This document shows positions 29,948-39,591 of a stretch of 64,000 nucleotides of DNA, piece by piece. The stretch lies in the IMG/VR virus record IMGVR_UViG_3300008107_000053. One strand, 5' to 3'. A model generated the notes under the pieces. It worked only from the letters and a program-made list of their open reading frames with translations, did not search any database and was not told the DNA's origin. The DNA is from a virus. Lineage: Duplodnaviria > Heunggongvirae > Uroviricota > Caudoviricetes. The position numbers and the translations under genes are program-made. Each line of letters starts with the position of its first letter. The stretch's first letter is position 1.

Positions 29948-30859
29948 ATGGCAAGAAATGTCTACTTTTCTCATGGAACTAAGAACGAACAGTTCCTAAT
30001 TGAGGATATTATTGTTGAATCACTTGCCATTTATGGGCAAGACTTTTACTACATTCCACGAACACTGGTTTCTAAAGATAACATTCTCGGAGAAGATCGT
30101 CTTAGTGAATTTAAGACAGCGTATCCAATTGAAATGTATTTAGAAAACACTGAAGGGTTTGAAGGACAGGGCGCATTTATGCAAAAGTTCGGCTTGATGG
30201 TTGAACAAACTGCAACATTAACAATGGCTCGACGTCGCTGGGATCAGTTAGTTGGTCGCTTTGGTCAAACGATTTTACCTAACCGTCCATGTGAAGGAGA
30301 CTTACTTTACTTTCCATTGACAAGAGGTTTATTTGAGATTAAGTTTGTGCAACATCAAGATCCATTCCATCAACTAGGCAAGCTATATGTGTATAAGCTG
30401 CAAGTTGAATTGTTCCAGTACTCTTCAGAACGTATTGATACTGGAATTGAAGAGATTGACGCATTCGAATCGTTAAAGAGTTTTACTACAGATTCAACAC
30501 GATCACAATACGGTGGAGTTTTTGCAATCAATGTGACTAATAATGGTACAGGTTACAACAGCGTTCCTAACGTTACAATAACAGGCGGTGGTGGAAGTGG
30601 TGCTACTGCATATGCTGTTATTGGAACTGGTGCAACCTTAGGTAAGGTAGTTTCTATTGTGGTGTCCAATCCTGGTGAAAATTACGAAACTACACCGACT
30701 GTTACCATAGCTGCATCAGGTGGAGTTAGAGCGACAGCAGTTGCAGTAATTAAACCAGATATTGACAGGGTAGATTCTTTTGGTGATAACAATGCCTTTA
30801 AAGAAGAGGGATCTAACTATATGTTCAATGAGTCAAACCCATTTGGTGAGGTAGAATAA
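29948..30859 (+). CDS. gp14: neck protein gp14-like with C-terminal Ig-like repeat insertion
   Basis: Position between gp13 and gp15. Size 303 aa. C-terminal part carries two 'GTGYNSVPNVTITGGGGSGATAYAVI' Ig-like repeats. Confidence 0.55.
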   Translation: MARNVYFSHGTKNEQFLIEDIIVESLAIYGQDFYYIPRTLVSKDNILGEDRLSEFKTAYPIEMYLENTEGFEGQGAFMQKFGLMVEQTATLTMARRRWDQLVGRFGQTILPNRPCEGDLLYFPLTRGLFEIKFVQHQDPFHQLGKLYVYKLQVELFQYSSERIDTGIEEIDAFESLKSFTTDSTRSQYGGVFAINVTNNGTGYNSVPNVTITGGGGSGATAYAVIGTGATLGKVVSIVVSNPGENYETTPTVTIAASGGVRATAVAVIKPDIDRVDSFGDNNAFKEEGSNYMFNESNPFGEVE

Positions 30860-31605
30860 TGCTAAGTGGAAATGTATTTTATCATGGTATAATTAGAAAA
30901 ACCATAGTTTCGTTTGGCAAGCTGTTTAGTTCAGTTTACATAGATCGCAAAGAAGGAGACTCTGTAACAGGTACTACCGTTCAGCGTCTACAAGTACCGC
31001 TAGCATATGCCCCAAAAGAAAAGTGGTTAGTTAGATTAGAACAAGATCCAGATCTATCCAACAATACATACACCTCTCTACCAAGAATGTCTTTTGAGAT
31101 ACTTGGTTATACGTATGACTCTACCCGCAAAACAAATAGAATGCAAAAGATTGTTTGTGGTAGCGGTGAAGACAGTATGAACTTTGTTTACTCACCAGCA
31201 CCTTACAATATTGAGATAGCTTTATACATTCTAACAAAGACTCAAGAAGATGGTTTGCAAATCATCGAGCAGATCCTTCCAACGTTCACTCCAGAATATA
31301 CTCTTTCCATAAAGGTGCTACCTGAAATGAACATCATTCAAGATGTTCCTGTTATCCTAAATTCAGTTAACGTTCAGGATGACTATGATGGTGACTTTCA
31401 AACTCGCAGATTCGTAACACATACTTTAAACTTTACGTTGAAAACTAATCTGTATGGCGCTATTGAAAACAATAAGGTTATTGCAGAAGCAGGAGTCAAT
31501 TTGTCAGAAAATCAAGACGGATCCTCACCTTATAAAACTTATACCGCGACTGGAGATTCTACAACATCTACAGTTACAGATGAAAGTTGGATTGATAATT
31601 TCTAA
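30859..31605 (+). CDS. gp15: tail sheath stabiliser/neck protein gp15 homolog
   Basis: 'FGKLFSSVYIDRKEGDSV..RLQVPLAYAPKEKWL' and 'QIIEQILPTFTPEYT' align with T4 gp15 'MGDLFSNIQIKR...IRVPITYASKEHFM' and 'QIVEQILPYFQPHFN'. Confidence 0.8.
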   Translation: MLSGNVFYHGIIRKTIVSFGKLFSSVYIDRKEGDSVTGTTVQRLQVPLAYAPKEKWLVRLEQDPDLSNNTYTSLPRMSFEILGYTYDSTRKTNRMQKIVCGSGEDSMNFVYSPAPYNIEIALYILTKTQEDGLQIIEQILPTFTPEYTLSIKVLPEMNIIQDVPVILNSVNVQDDYDGDFQTRRFVTHTLNFTLKTNLYGAIENNKVIAEAGVNLSENQDGSSPYKTYTATGDSTTSTVTDESWIDNF

Positions 31606-33185
31606 TGGCTGAAACTGGTTATAACTCAAACCCCAATTTAAAACCAATTGGGGTATCAATACAGTATACCGAAGAACAGGTACAGGAATACTATAAGTGT
31701 TCTCAAGACCCTGTATACTTCATTGACAACTACTGTTACATCGTGACGATCGATCACGGTCTACAACCATTCAAGTTATACGACTGTCAGAAAGAAAAGG
31801 TTGAGTTTATACACTCACACCGTAAGACTATTCTGATGGAAGGTCGTCAGCAAGGTAAGACTACTACTTCTGCTGCGTATATTTTATGGTACACTATCTT
31901 CAATGACAGTAAGAACGTAGCTATTCTGGCTAACAAAGCATCTACTTCTCGTGAAATTCTTTCTCGTTATCAGCTAATGTATGAGAATTTACCTATCTGG
32001 ATGCAGCAAGGTATCAGAACATGGAACAAAGGTGACATTGAATTAGAAAATGGATCCAAGGTATTTACTGCGGCAACGACTGCAGCTGGTATTCGTTCTA
32101 AGTCTGTTAACTTATTGTACATTGACGAAGCTGCTATTATTCCAAACACAGTTGCGGAACAATTCTTTACATCTGTTTACCCTACAATTTCTGCGGGTAC
32201 GACTTCTAAGATTCTTATTACGTCCACACCACTTGGTTACAATCACTTTTGGAAATTCTGGAACGATGCTGAGAATGGTCGTAATGACTTTAAGTCTATG
32301 TTCATTCCTTATTGGAAGATTCCTGGGCGTGATGAAGCATGGGCGCTGGAACAAAAGCGCCAGCTTGGAGATCTAAAGTATAACCAAGAGGTGCTGTGTA
32401 AGTTCCTTGGTTCTGCACTAACCCTAATCAATGCAGACGTTATTGCTAGATTGTCATACAATAATCCAATCTTTACCAACGAAGGCTTGGATGTATACAA
32501 AAAGCCTACCAGAAATCACACTTATGTTATAGTGGCAGACGTTGCAAAGGGTGTTGGTGGAGACTATTCGGCATTCTGCGTGGTAGATATCACTGCAGCA
32601 CCCTACGAAGTTATAGCTAAATATAGAAACAATAACATTAGCCCATTGCTGTATCCTAACGTAATCTACAAAGTTGCAAAAGAATACAATAATGCCTACG
32701 TTTTATTAGAAACAAATATCTCGGAACAGGTAGCCCACATCCTCTATCAGGAATTAGAGTATGAGAATATGCTGTTTGTTTCTAGAGCAGGTGGAACCCA
32801 GCATGTGTCTAGCGGCTTTGCAGGATCCACATTACAGTATGGTGTAGTTACTGACAAAAAAGTCAAACGAGTTGGATGTCATAACTTCAAGTCTCTTGTA
32901 GAAGAGAATAAACTACTTATTATGGATGCTGATATTATTTCGGAAATATCAACATTTATTGAGACGAAAAATAGCTACGAAGCTGATGATGGATACCATG
33001 ACGACTTAGTTATGTGTCTTGTGTTATTCAGCTGGTTAACATCTAATGCGTATTTTAAAGACCTAAATAATATCAATCTAAGGCAATTAATGTACGATGA
33101 GAAGATTAAGGCTATAGAAGAACAGTTGACGCCGTTTGGATTTTATAACGACGGCAATGATACAGAAACTCTCTACAATTTTTAA
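31605..33185 (+). CDS. gp17: terminase large subunit gp17 homolog (526 aa)
   Basis: Walker A 'GRQQGKTT'. 'WNKGDIELENGSKV...LLYIDEAAIIPN' and 'HDDLVMCLVLFSWLT' align closely with T4 gp17. Start overlaps gp15 stop (TAATG). Confidence 0.9.
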   Translation: MAETGYNSNPNLKPIGVSIQYTEEQVQEYYKCSQDPVYFIDNYCYIVTIDHGLQPFKLYDCQKEKVEFIHSHRKTILMEGRQQGKTTTSAAYILWYTIFNDSKNVAILANKASTSREILSRYQLMYENLPIWMQQGIRTWNKGDIELENGSKVFTAATTAAGIRSKSVNLLYIDEAAIIPNTVAEQFFTSVYPTISAGTTSKILITSTPLGYNHFWKFWNDAENGRNDFKSMFIPYWKIPGRDEAWALEQKRQLGDLKYNQEVLCKFLGSALTLINADVIARLSYNNPIFTNEGLDVYKKPTRNHTYVIVADVAKGVGGDYSAFCVVDITAAPYEVIAKYRNNNISPLLYPNVIYKVAKEYNNAYVLLETNISEQVAHILYQELEYENMLFVSRAGGTQHVSSGFAGSTLQYGVVTDKKVKRVGCHNFKSLVEENKLLIMDADIISEISTFIETKNSYEADDGYHDDLVMCLVLFSWLTSNAYFKDLNNINLRQLMYDEKIKAIEEQLTPFGFYNDGNDTETLYNF

Positions 33186-33198
33186 AATATCAAAAAAG

Positions 33199-33205
33199 AT
33201 AAATA
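33199..33205 (+). promoter_or_regulatory. late-promoter-like ATAAATA upstream of sheath gene
   Basis: ATAAATA 58 nt upstream of gp18 ATG. Followed by perfect palindrome GCGCTTTAAAGCGC (33218..33231). Confidence 0.3.
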
Positions 33206-33262
33206 AGTTGTAGGCTGGCGCTTTAAAGCGCATAATGATATAACAAGGCAAGGAGAAAATAC

Positions 33263-36200
33263 ATGGCTAATTTATTAAGTCCAGGCGTGCAAGTAGTAGA
33301 GAAGGATCTAACCCAGATCGTTCCTAAAGTTTCTACTTCACGTGGAGCATACGCTGGAAGATTTAACTGGGGACCAGTACTGGATCCGCAGTTGGTGTCT
33401 AATGAACCTGAGTTGGTAACCGTGTTCGGTAAACCAAACAATGACACATACGAGTCTTTCTTTACCGCAGCAAACTTTCTGCAATATTCTAATAGTATGT
33501 ACGTTAACCGTGCAGACTCTGCTAACCTAAAGAATGCTGTTGCAAAGCCATCTTCTAGCGTTGATGGTATTACACTGTTAACAGCTGGATCTGGTTACAC
33601 TAGCGCTCCAACAGTTCAAATTGGTGCACCAAATACATTCGATGGACAACAAGCTGTTGCTGTTGCAGTATTGCAAGGTGCAGGTGTTCTTGTTGAAGCC
33701 TCTGGTGGTTCAAACTATTTACCTGTAAACTTAATTACTTCTTCTGGTACAGGCTTTACTGTTGGTATGAAGGTTTTGTTTAGTGTACCGCAGCAAACTG
33801 TAGACACTACTGATGATAACGGTGTTGTCACTCAACAATTAATCGGTGCACAGGGTGAAATTGCAGAACTTACCGTTGGTACTGGTATTGCAAAAATTAA
33901 AATCACTCAACAAGGTGCAGGTTATACCTCTCCAGCAACTATTACTGGTATCACTAACCCAGATGGTTCTACAGTTAGTGTGAATACATTTACACATGAC
34001 CCAGTTCCAGTCGGAACTTCTGTCCTAAAATCAATTAACGTAACTGTTGAAGGTTCTGGTTACACTAGCGTTCCAGCTGTTACTATTACTGGCGGTGGTG
34101 GATCTACACAAGCAACAGGTACAGCTGTTATTCTACCAGTTGGTATTAAGGTTCGTAACAAGAATCATTACGAGCAAAACTTTATTGACGGTCAAGGAAA
34201 CTTTGGTCCAGTAGCGGCTAAGTATGCAGGTTCATTAGGCAACTCATTGCTATTTGCAATGGCAGATAATGCTACCTTTAAGTCTTCCATTGATGGAAAT
34301 GTCTTGGTTAGAACTCGCGTTGAGCGTTATGAATCTAAAGCAGAAATCACTAAACTTCGTAGACTGATTCCAGCGAATATCCCTGGTTCTAGTGCAGCAT
34401 CTACTTTTACTACAGCAAGTTCTGGACTTGTTGGTAAAGTTATAAGAACTAGATCTACCAACGTAAAGAAATCTGGCGCAGCTGGTGGTTATCAATCTTA
34501 TGGTAATATTGAGTTGGGGTTGGTTCGTTCATTAGAAGCTGGTAACTTTATTAAAGTTAGATTAGCTAAACCTAATCCATACTTAAAAGGCACTCCAGGC
34601 GCACCATTCACGACTCCTGTGCTTCAAGGCGCAGACGTTACACTGAACCGTACTGGTTTAACTCCAACCGTGATTGGAACTTTTGACGGATATGCTAAAC
34701 GTTGGAGTGAAGGAATTGATGATTATGTAATCGACGATAATGCTTTCTATATTAAACTTAATACAGCTGGTGCAGCATTAACTCTTTCTACAACTGGTAC
34801 TGATACTCTAAGTATCGCACAAGTTGGTGGTAGAATCGTTACTGCAGGTCAAATGATTGCAGGTTATCAGTACGTTATCAGCGTTAAAGGTACTACAAAC
34901 TTTACACCTGCTGCTGCAAACAACAACCCAGGAACTACATTTACTGCTGCAGGTCCTTTAACTGGTAGCGGTTCTGTGCTTACTGTTGCTAGAGTTGGCG
35001 CGATTACCCGTGTGGAAAAGGTTGAAGTTTTAAACATGGTAGGAAACAACAAAGCAGAGGCATTTGATGCTTCATGCGATCGTGAGTGGAAATATAGTAA
35101 AGAGTTCTCTCGTGCTCCAGGTACAACTGCATATGCAGAAGCAGCTGGTGGATCAAATGATGAGGTTCACATGCTGTTGATCGACACTACTGGTGCTATC
35201 ACTGGTGCTGCTGGTACTATTATCCAGAAATGGGAAGGTGCTTCTAAAGCAGTTGATGCTAAAGCAAGCAATGGAACTTCTTCTTACTACAAGAACTTGA
35301 TCAATAATTCTGGCTGGTTATGGTGGTTAGATACCCCAGATACAGCAGATCTTGTTGGTCGTGCAAACTGGGGTTCTGTCGCTAAGAACAACAACTTTGA
35401 CGCTCTGGCAAATAACCCAGACGTTACACTAGCTGGTGGCGATGATGGTGATGCACTAACTCAAGCAAACCTAATGGACGCATATGAAATGTTCAATGAT
35501 GCTTCTGCATATGACATTTCTCTAATGCCTACAGGTAATGTTTCTGCAGATACTGCCGCATGGATTATTGAAAACGTTGCAGCAGTTCGTAAGGACATTG
35601 TGGCATTCGTTTCTGCTCCATTGTTAATTGGTACTGCTTCTGATATTGCTACTGAAATGGTACAATATCGCGACACTATTGATGTTGGTGACGCTCTTGC
35701 ATCTTACGGTGTAATGGACTCTGGTTGGAAGTATCAATATGATCGCTACAACGATGTATTCCGTTGGCTCCCTCTAAACGGTGACGTTGCTGGTCTGTGT
35801 GCTTACACTGATAGCGTATCTGATGCATGGTTCTCTCCAGGTGGTTTCAATCGCGGACAGATCAAGAATGTAACTAAGTTGGCATTTAACCCTACTCAAG
35901 CACAACGTGACTTGCTGTATGTTGGTGGTATCAACCCAGTTGTCACATTCCCAGGCGAAGGTACTATCCTTTACGGTGACAAGACAATGCAGAAGAAATC
36001 CTCTGCTTTCGATCGTATCAACGTTCGTCGCTTGTTTATCGTTCTTGAGAAAGCTGTTGCTAACGCTGCTAAGTATCAGTTGTTTGAATTCAACGATGAC
36101 TTTACTCGTGCACAATTCAAGAACCTAGTTGAGCCATTCCTGCGTGATGTTCAAGGACGTCGTGGTATTGTGGACTTCCGTGTTAAGTGTGACACTACAA

Positions 36201-36337
36201 ACAACACACCAGCAGTAATTGACGCTAACGAGTTTATCGCTGATATCTTTATCAAGCCAAACCGTTCTATCAATTACATCACTTTGAACTTTATTGCTAC
36301 TAAGACTGGCGTAAGTTTTGAGACTGTTGGGCTATAA
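33263..36337 (+). CDS. gp18: tail sheath protein gp18 homolog (1024 aa) with ~350-aa Ig-like repeat insertion
   Basis: N-terminus 'MANLLSPGVQVVEKDL...FNWGPV...AANFLQYSNS' and C-terminus 'NEFIADIFIKPNRSINYITLNFIATKTG' align with T4 gp18 ends. The middle carries 'GSGYTSVPAVTITGGGGSTQATGTAVIL'-type repeats. Confidence 0.9.
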   Translation: MANLLSPGVQVVEKDLTQIVPKVSTSRGAYAGRFNWGPVLDPQLVSNEPELVTVFGKPNNDTYESFFTAANFLQYSNSMYVNRADSANLKNAVAKPSSSVDGITLLTAGSGYTSAPTVQIGAPNTFDGQQAVAVAVLQGAGVLVEASGGSNYLPVNLITSSGTGFTVGMKVLFSVPQQTVDTTDDNGVVTQQLIGAQGEIAELTVGTGIAKIKITQQGAGYTSPATITGITNPDGSTVSVNTFTHDPVPVGTSVLKSINVTVEGSGYTSVPAVTITGGGGSTQATGTAVILPVGIKVRNKNHYEQNFIDGQGNFGPVAAKYAGSLGNSLLFAMADNATFKSSIDGNVLVRTRVERYESKAEITKLRRLIPANIPGSSAASTFTTASSGLVGKVIRTRSTNVKKSGAAGGYQSYGNIELGLVRSLEAGNFIKVRLAKPNPYLKGTPGAPFTTPVLQGADVTLNRTGLTPTVIGTFDGYAKRWSEGIDDYVIDDNAFYIKLNTAGAALTLSTTGTDTLSIAQVGGRIVTAGQMIAGYQYVISVKGTTNFTPAAANNNPGTTFTAAGPLTGSGSVLTVARVGAITRVEKVEVLNMVGNNKAEAFDASCDREWKYSKEFSRAPGTTAYAEAAGGSNDEVHMLLIDTTGAITGAAGTIIQKWEGASKAVDAKASNGTSSYYKNLINNSGWLWWLDTPDTADLVGRANWGSVAKNNNFDALANNPDVTLAGGDDGDALTQANLMDAYEMFNDASAYDISLMPTGNVSADTAAWIIENVAAVRKDIVAFVSAPLLIGTASDIATEMVQYRDTIDVGDALASYGVMDSGWKYQYDRYNDVFRWLPLNGDVAGLCAYTDSVSDAWFSPGGFNRGQIKNVTKLAFNPTQAQRDLLYVGGINPVVTFPGEGTILYGDKTMQKKSSAFDRINVRRLFIVLEKAVANAAKYQLFEFNDDFTRAQFKNLVEPFLRDVQGRRGIVDFRVKCDTTNNTPAVIDANEFIADIFIKPNRSINYITLNFIATKTGVSFETVGL

Positions 36338-36342
36338 AACAG

Positions 36343-36366
36343 GAGGGGGTTAATTCCCCCTCTTTT
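36343..36366 (+). terminator. intrinsic terminator after sheath gene
   Basis: GAGGGGG-TTAATT-CCCCCTC followed by TTTT. Confidence 0.65.
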
Positions 36367-36372
36367 AATAGC

Positions 36373-36380
36373 AATAAATA
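36373..36380 (+). promoter_or_regulatory. late-promoter-like AATAAATA upstream of tube gene
   Basis: 7/8 match to TATAAATA, 21 nt before gp19 ATG. Lies downstream of the sheath terminator, which would permit differential sheath:tube expression. Confidence 0.35.
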
Positions 36381-36400
36381 TACTCAAGGAGATAAATTAA

Positions 36401-36988
36401 ATGGCAAACATTTCTGAATTCAAATCAATGATGATTGGTGGTGGTGCTCGCGCCAACCAATTCAGAGTTGAACTAGGGTTCCCAGCATTCGTCAACACTG
36501 GCGCTATCGTTGGAACAAAGGCTATGTTTTTATGTAAGGCTGCTCAATTGCCAGCTGCAACTATTGAAAACATCGCTGTACAATATCGTGGTCGTCCAGT
36601 AAACTTTGCTGGTGAGCGTACATTCGCTCCATGGACAATTACTGTTTATAACGACACTGACTTTGCAATCCGTAATGCTATGGAAACATGGTCTAACGGT
36701 ATCCAAAACGTAGGTGGTACAAACGGTATTGTTAACCCTAACGACTATCAAGCACAAATGAACGTACACCAGTTGGATCGTTCTGGCGCTGTTATCAAGT
36801 CTTATAGCTTTATCGATGCATATCCAACAGAAGTTGGTACTATCGAACTTGACTATGAGAATGGTAATGCGATTGAAACATTCACTGTTACATTCACATA
36901 CAACTACTGGGTTACTTCTGCTGCTAGCGGAGCTAACCAAGTTGGAATTAATATCGGTACTCCAATCGGTAATATCCCTATTTTATAA
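36401..36988 (+). CDS. gp19: tail tube protein gp19 homolog
   Basis: 'NQFRVELGFPAFV...FLCKAAQLPAATIENIAV...GERTFAPWTITVYND...ETFTVTFTYNYW' parallels T4 gp19 'NLFQVEISYLG...FQCKATALPAGIVEKIPV...GDRTFDDWTVTVMND...QTFEVTLALDYWE'. Confidence 0.85.
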   Translation: MANISEFKSMMIGGGARANQFRVELGFPAFVNTGAIVGTKAMFLCKAAQLPAATIENIAVQYRGRPVNFAGERTFAPWTITVYNDTDFAIRNAMETWSNGIQNVGGTNGIVNPNDYQAQMNVHQLDRSGAVIKSYSFIDAYPTEVGTIELDYENGNAIETFTVTFTYNYWVTSAASGANQVGINIGTPIGNIPIL

Positions 36989-37004
36989 TAGTTGAAGGTT
37001 TATA

Positions 37005-38564
37005 ATGCAAATTTTTGGATTTGAGATCCAGCGTAAGAAAAAGAACGATTCAGAGATAGGGAACGTAGTAACCCCTACCTCTGATGACGGCACAGCCATT
37101 TTCACGAGTTCATCATCATCCTATTATGGGATGGTGATGGATATCGAAGGTATCATTAAGAACGAAAACGATCTTATCCGTAGATATCGTGAAGTAGCAC
37201 AATACGCTGATTGTGACGCAGCAATTGAAGACATCGTCAATGAGTCAATAACATCTGACGATGATCAACCTATAGAAATCAACATCGACGAACTTAAAGT
37301 ATCGGATGCAATCAAGAAGAAAATTCGCGATGAATTCCAGACCATTATGCGTCTACTTAAGTTTGAAGAAAAAGGTCATGAGATCTTTAGATCATGGTAC
37401 ATTGACGGTAGATTATACTACAATATTTTGTTAGATACAAACAATGTAAAGCAAGGCATCCAAGAACTACGTTTCATTGATCCACGTAAGATCCGCAAGA
37501 TCAAAACAATCAAGAAAGAACGTACTCAAGCTGGTGTTGATGTAATCAAAGACATTGAAGAATATTATATCTACAATGACAAAGGTATTACAGAACAAAC
37601 AGCACAGGGTGTTAAGTTATCCATTGATTCTGTAATCTATTGCCCATCGGGATTGATGGATGCAAATACTGGCATGATGATGAGTCATCTGCATAAAGCA
37701 ATTAAGCCAGTTAACCAATTAAAGATGATCGAAGATGCAGTTGTCATCTATCGTATCTCTCGCGCACCAGAGCGCAGAATTTTCTACATTGACGTAGGTA
37801 ACTTACCAAAGCTCAAAGCTGAGCAATACGTTAATGACATTATGAACAAGTTTCGTAACAAGATCGTTTATGATGCAACTACTGGCGAAACCAGAGATGA
37901 TCGTAAACACTTGTCTATGATGGAAGACTTTTGGATGCCACGACGTGAAGGTGGTAAGGGTACAGAAATTACAACCCTACCAGGTGGACAGAATCTCGGT
38001 GAGATTCAAGACATTCAATACTTCCAGCAGAAATTATACCAAGCATTGAACGTTCCTATTGGACGTTTGCAACAGACTAGTGGTTTTAACTTAGGTCGTT
38101 CTACTGAGATTACTCGTGAAGAACTTAAGTTCAATAAGTTTGTTACACGTATTCGTAAGAAGTTTGCAAATCTATTCACTGACGCATTGCGTGTTCAGTT
38201 GGTTGCTAAAGGTATTGTACGTCCAGAAGAATGGGATGAAATGCGTCAATATGTACGCTATGACTTCCAAAAGGATAACTACTTTAGTGAATTGAAAGAT
38301 AACGAAATTCTTCTTCAACGTATTCAAATGCTACAGCAGATGGATCCTTACATCGGTAAGTACTATTCTCAAGCATGGATCACTAAAAATGTTCTGCGTA
38401 TCCCTGAAGAAGAACAGGAAACAATTAACAAAGAAATCCAAGCAGAAAAGCCTATGCAAATAGATTACTCTGATCATATGGGAACTATGGATGGAACTCG
38501 TCAAGCTGCTATGCAGGATCAACTTCCAGAACCACAACAAGATAATACAGGAGCTAAACAATGA
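37005..38564 (+). CDS. gp20: portal vertex protein gp20 homolog
   Basis: '[39 protein letters not shown]' is near-identical in pattern to T4 gp20 '[39 protein letters not shown]'. '[12 protein letters not shown]' matches 'FRRWYVDSRIFF'. Confidence 0.95.
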   Translation: [519 protein letters not shown]

Positions 38565-38740
38565 GTGTGAATGATTTAATCGTAGCTATTGCAAAAGGTG
38601 ATGCTATGGAAACTGAAGCTGCGTTTAATGCAGCAATGGCAGATAAAATTGCTGCACGTCTTGATGATAAACGCATCGAGGTAGCATCAAAAATGTTTAG
38701 TACTCAAACTCAAGATAACGAAGCACCGTCTGAAGAGTAA
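38561..38740 (+). CDS. small Ala-rich protein (59 aa), possible prohead core protein (gp67-like by position)
   Basis: Not in ORF track (<60 aa). ATGA overlap with portal stop. Alanine-rich helical sequence. In T4, small head-core genes occupy the position between gene 20 and gene 21. Confidence 0.3.
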   Translation: MSVNDLIVAIAKGDAMETEAAFNAAMADKIAARLDDKRIEVASKMFSTQTQDNEAPSEE

Positions 38741-38967
38741 TGCACTACAACCAGTTTATTAAGAGTATCACTAGATCTAATGTCTCTGAGACAGTTAGGT
38801 CTTATGGTAACACAATTGAAAAATTAGAAGATGGTAGTGTAGCTATCAATTCTCTTAAGACTGAGTTCAAGAATTTAGAAGAAGCAAGAAAATACATAAA
38901 ATCTAAAGTTAAATCAGAGCATATAGAACAAGAAGTGACAGACGAAATATACGAACGAAATACGTAA
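38740..38967 (+). CDS. hypothetical small protein (75 aa)
   Basis: TAATG overlap with the upstream ORF. Charged K/E-rich. Confidence 0.35.
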   Translation: MHYNQFIKSITRSNVSETVRSYGNTIEKLEDGSVAINSLKTEFKNLEEARKYIKSKVKSEHIEQEVTDEIYERNT

Positions 38968-39158
38968 ACTCAATAAAGTAGATACTATCATTGAGAACAA
39001 AATACACTATAAGCTAAATGATAACTCGGTAGTTGCGATAAATGAGGCTACGCAATTAAGACTAAATAACTTGTTGACTAATCAAAAAGATATCGTAGAG
39101 TACATGAGAGAATCAAAAGAAAACTTTTTGCATGTACTTGAACAGCTAGAGGAATAAA

Positions 39159-39590
39159 ATGGCTTTAACGAAAACAATTATAAGAATGGCAGAAACTGAG
39201 ACTGTGGTTAAAGTTTCTGGTGCTGCAGGCACAACTACTATTGATCTGCAGACTGACTTGCTGGATGCAAACCAAGCACTTGCTGGTGCTACTCAAACTG
39301 TTACTATTACTGCAGTTCGTTGGGGTGGAGAGTTAAGCAATACTCTAGCCATTGATAGAAACTCTGTTAGAATTTTAACACTACCAACAGATGCATCTGA
39401 CACTATGTTGTTTGATGGTCAGGAAATGCCTCCAGAAAACGTTAATGCTACCCATGATATTGTTGTAACACAAACAGGTAGCGGCAACGTAGAAATGTAT
39501 TTAAAACTACGCAAGGTTTCAGGTTATGCACCTAAGGTCGAAACTGCGCAGTTTGGATCTAAAGACGACGAAACTGTAGTAGGAAGCTAA
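39159..39590 (+). CDS. hypothetical head-associated protein (143 aa), possible prohead core/decoration protein by position
   Basis: SD GAGGAA upstream. Lies between portal and prohead protease, where T4 encodes gp68. Confidence 0.4.
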   Translation: MALTKTIIRMAETETVVKVSGAAGTTTIDLQTDLLDANQALAGATQTVTITAVRWGGELSNTLAIDRNSVRILTLPTDASDTMLFDGQEMPPENVNATHDIVVTQTGSGNVEMYLKLRKVSGYAPKVETAQFGSKDDETVVGS

Positions 39591-39591
39591 A

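Noticed and set aside
32050-32500. Several 60-110-aa ORFs in alternative frames inside the terminase gene
   Set aside because: Embedded in a strongly conserved gp17 coding region. No independent signals.
38968-39158. 190-bp unannotated gap between 38740..38967 ORF and the 143-aa gene
   Set aside because: The only long open frame there lacks any ATG/GTG start until 17 codons before its stop. No convincing SD. Probably regulatory or spacer sequence.
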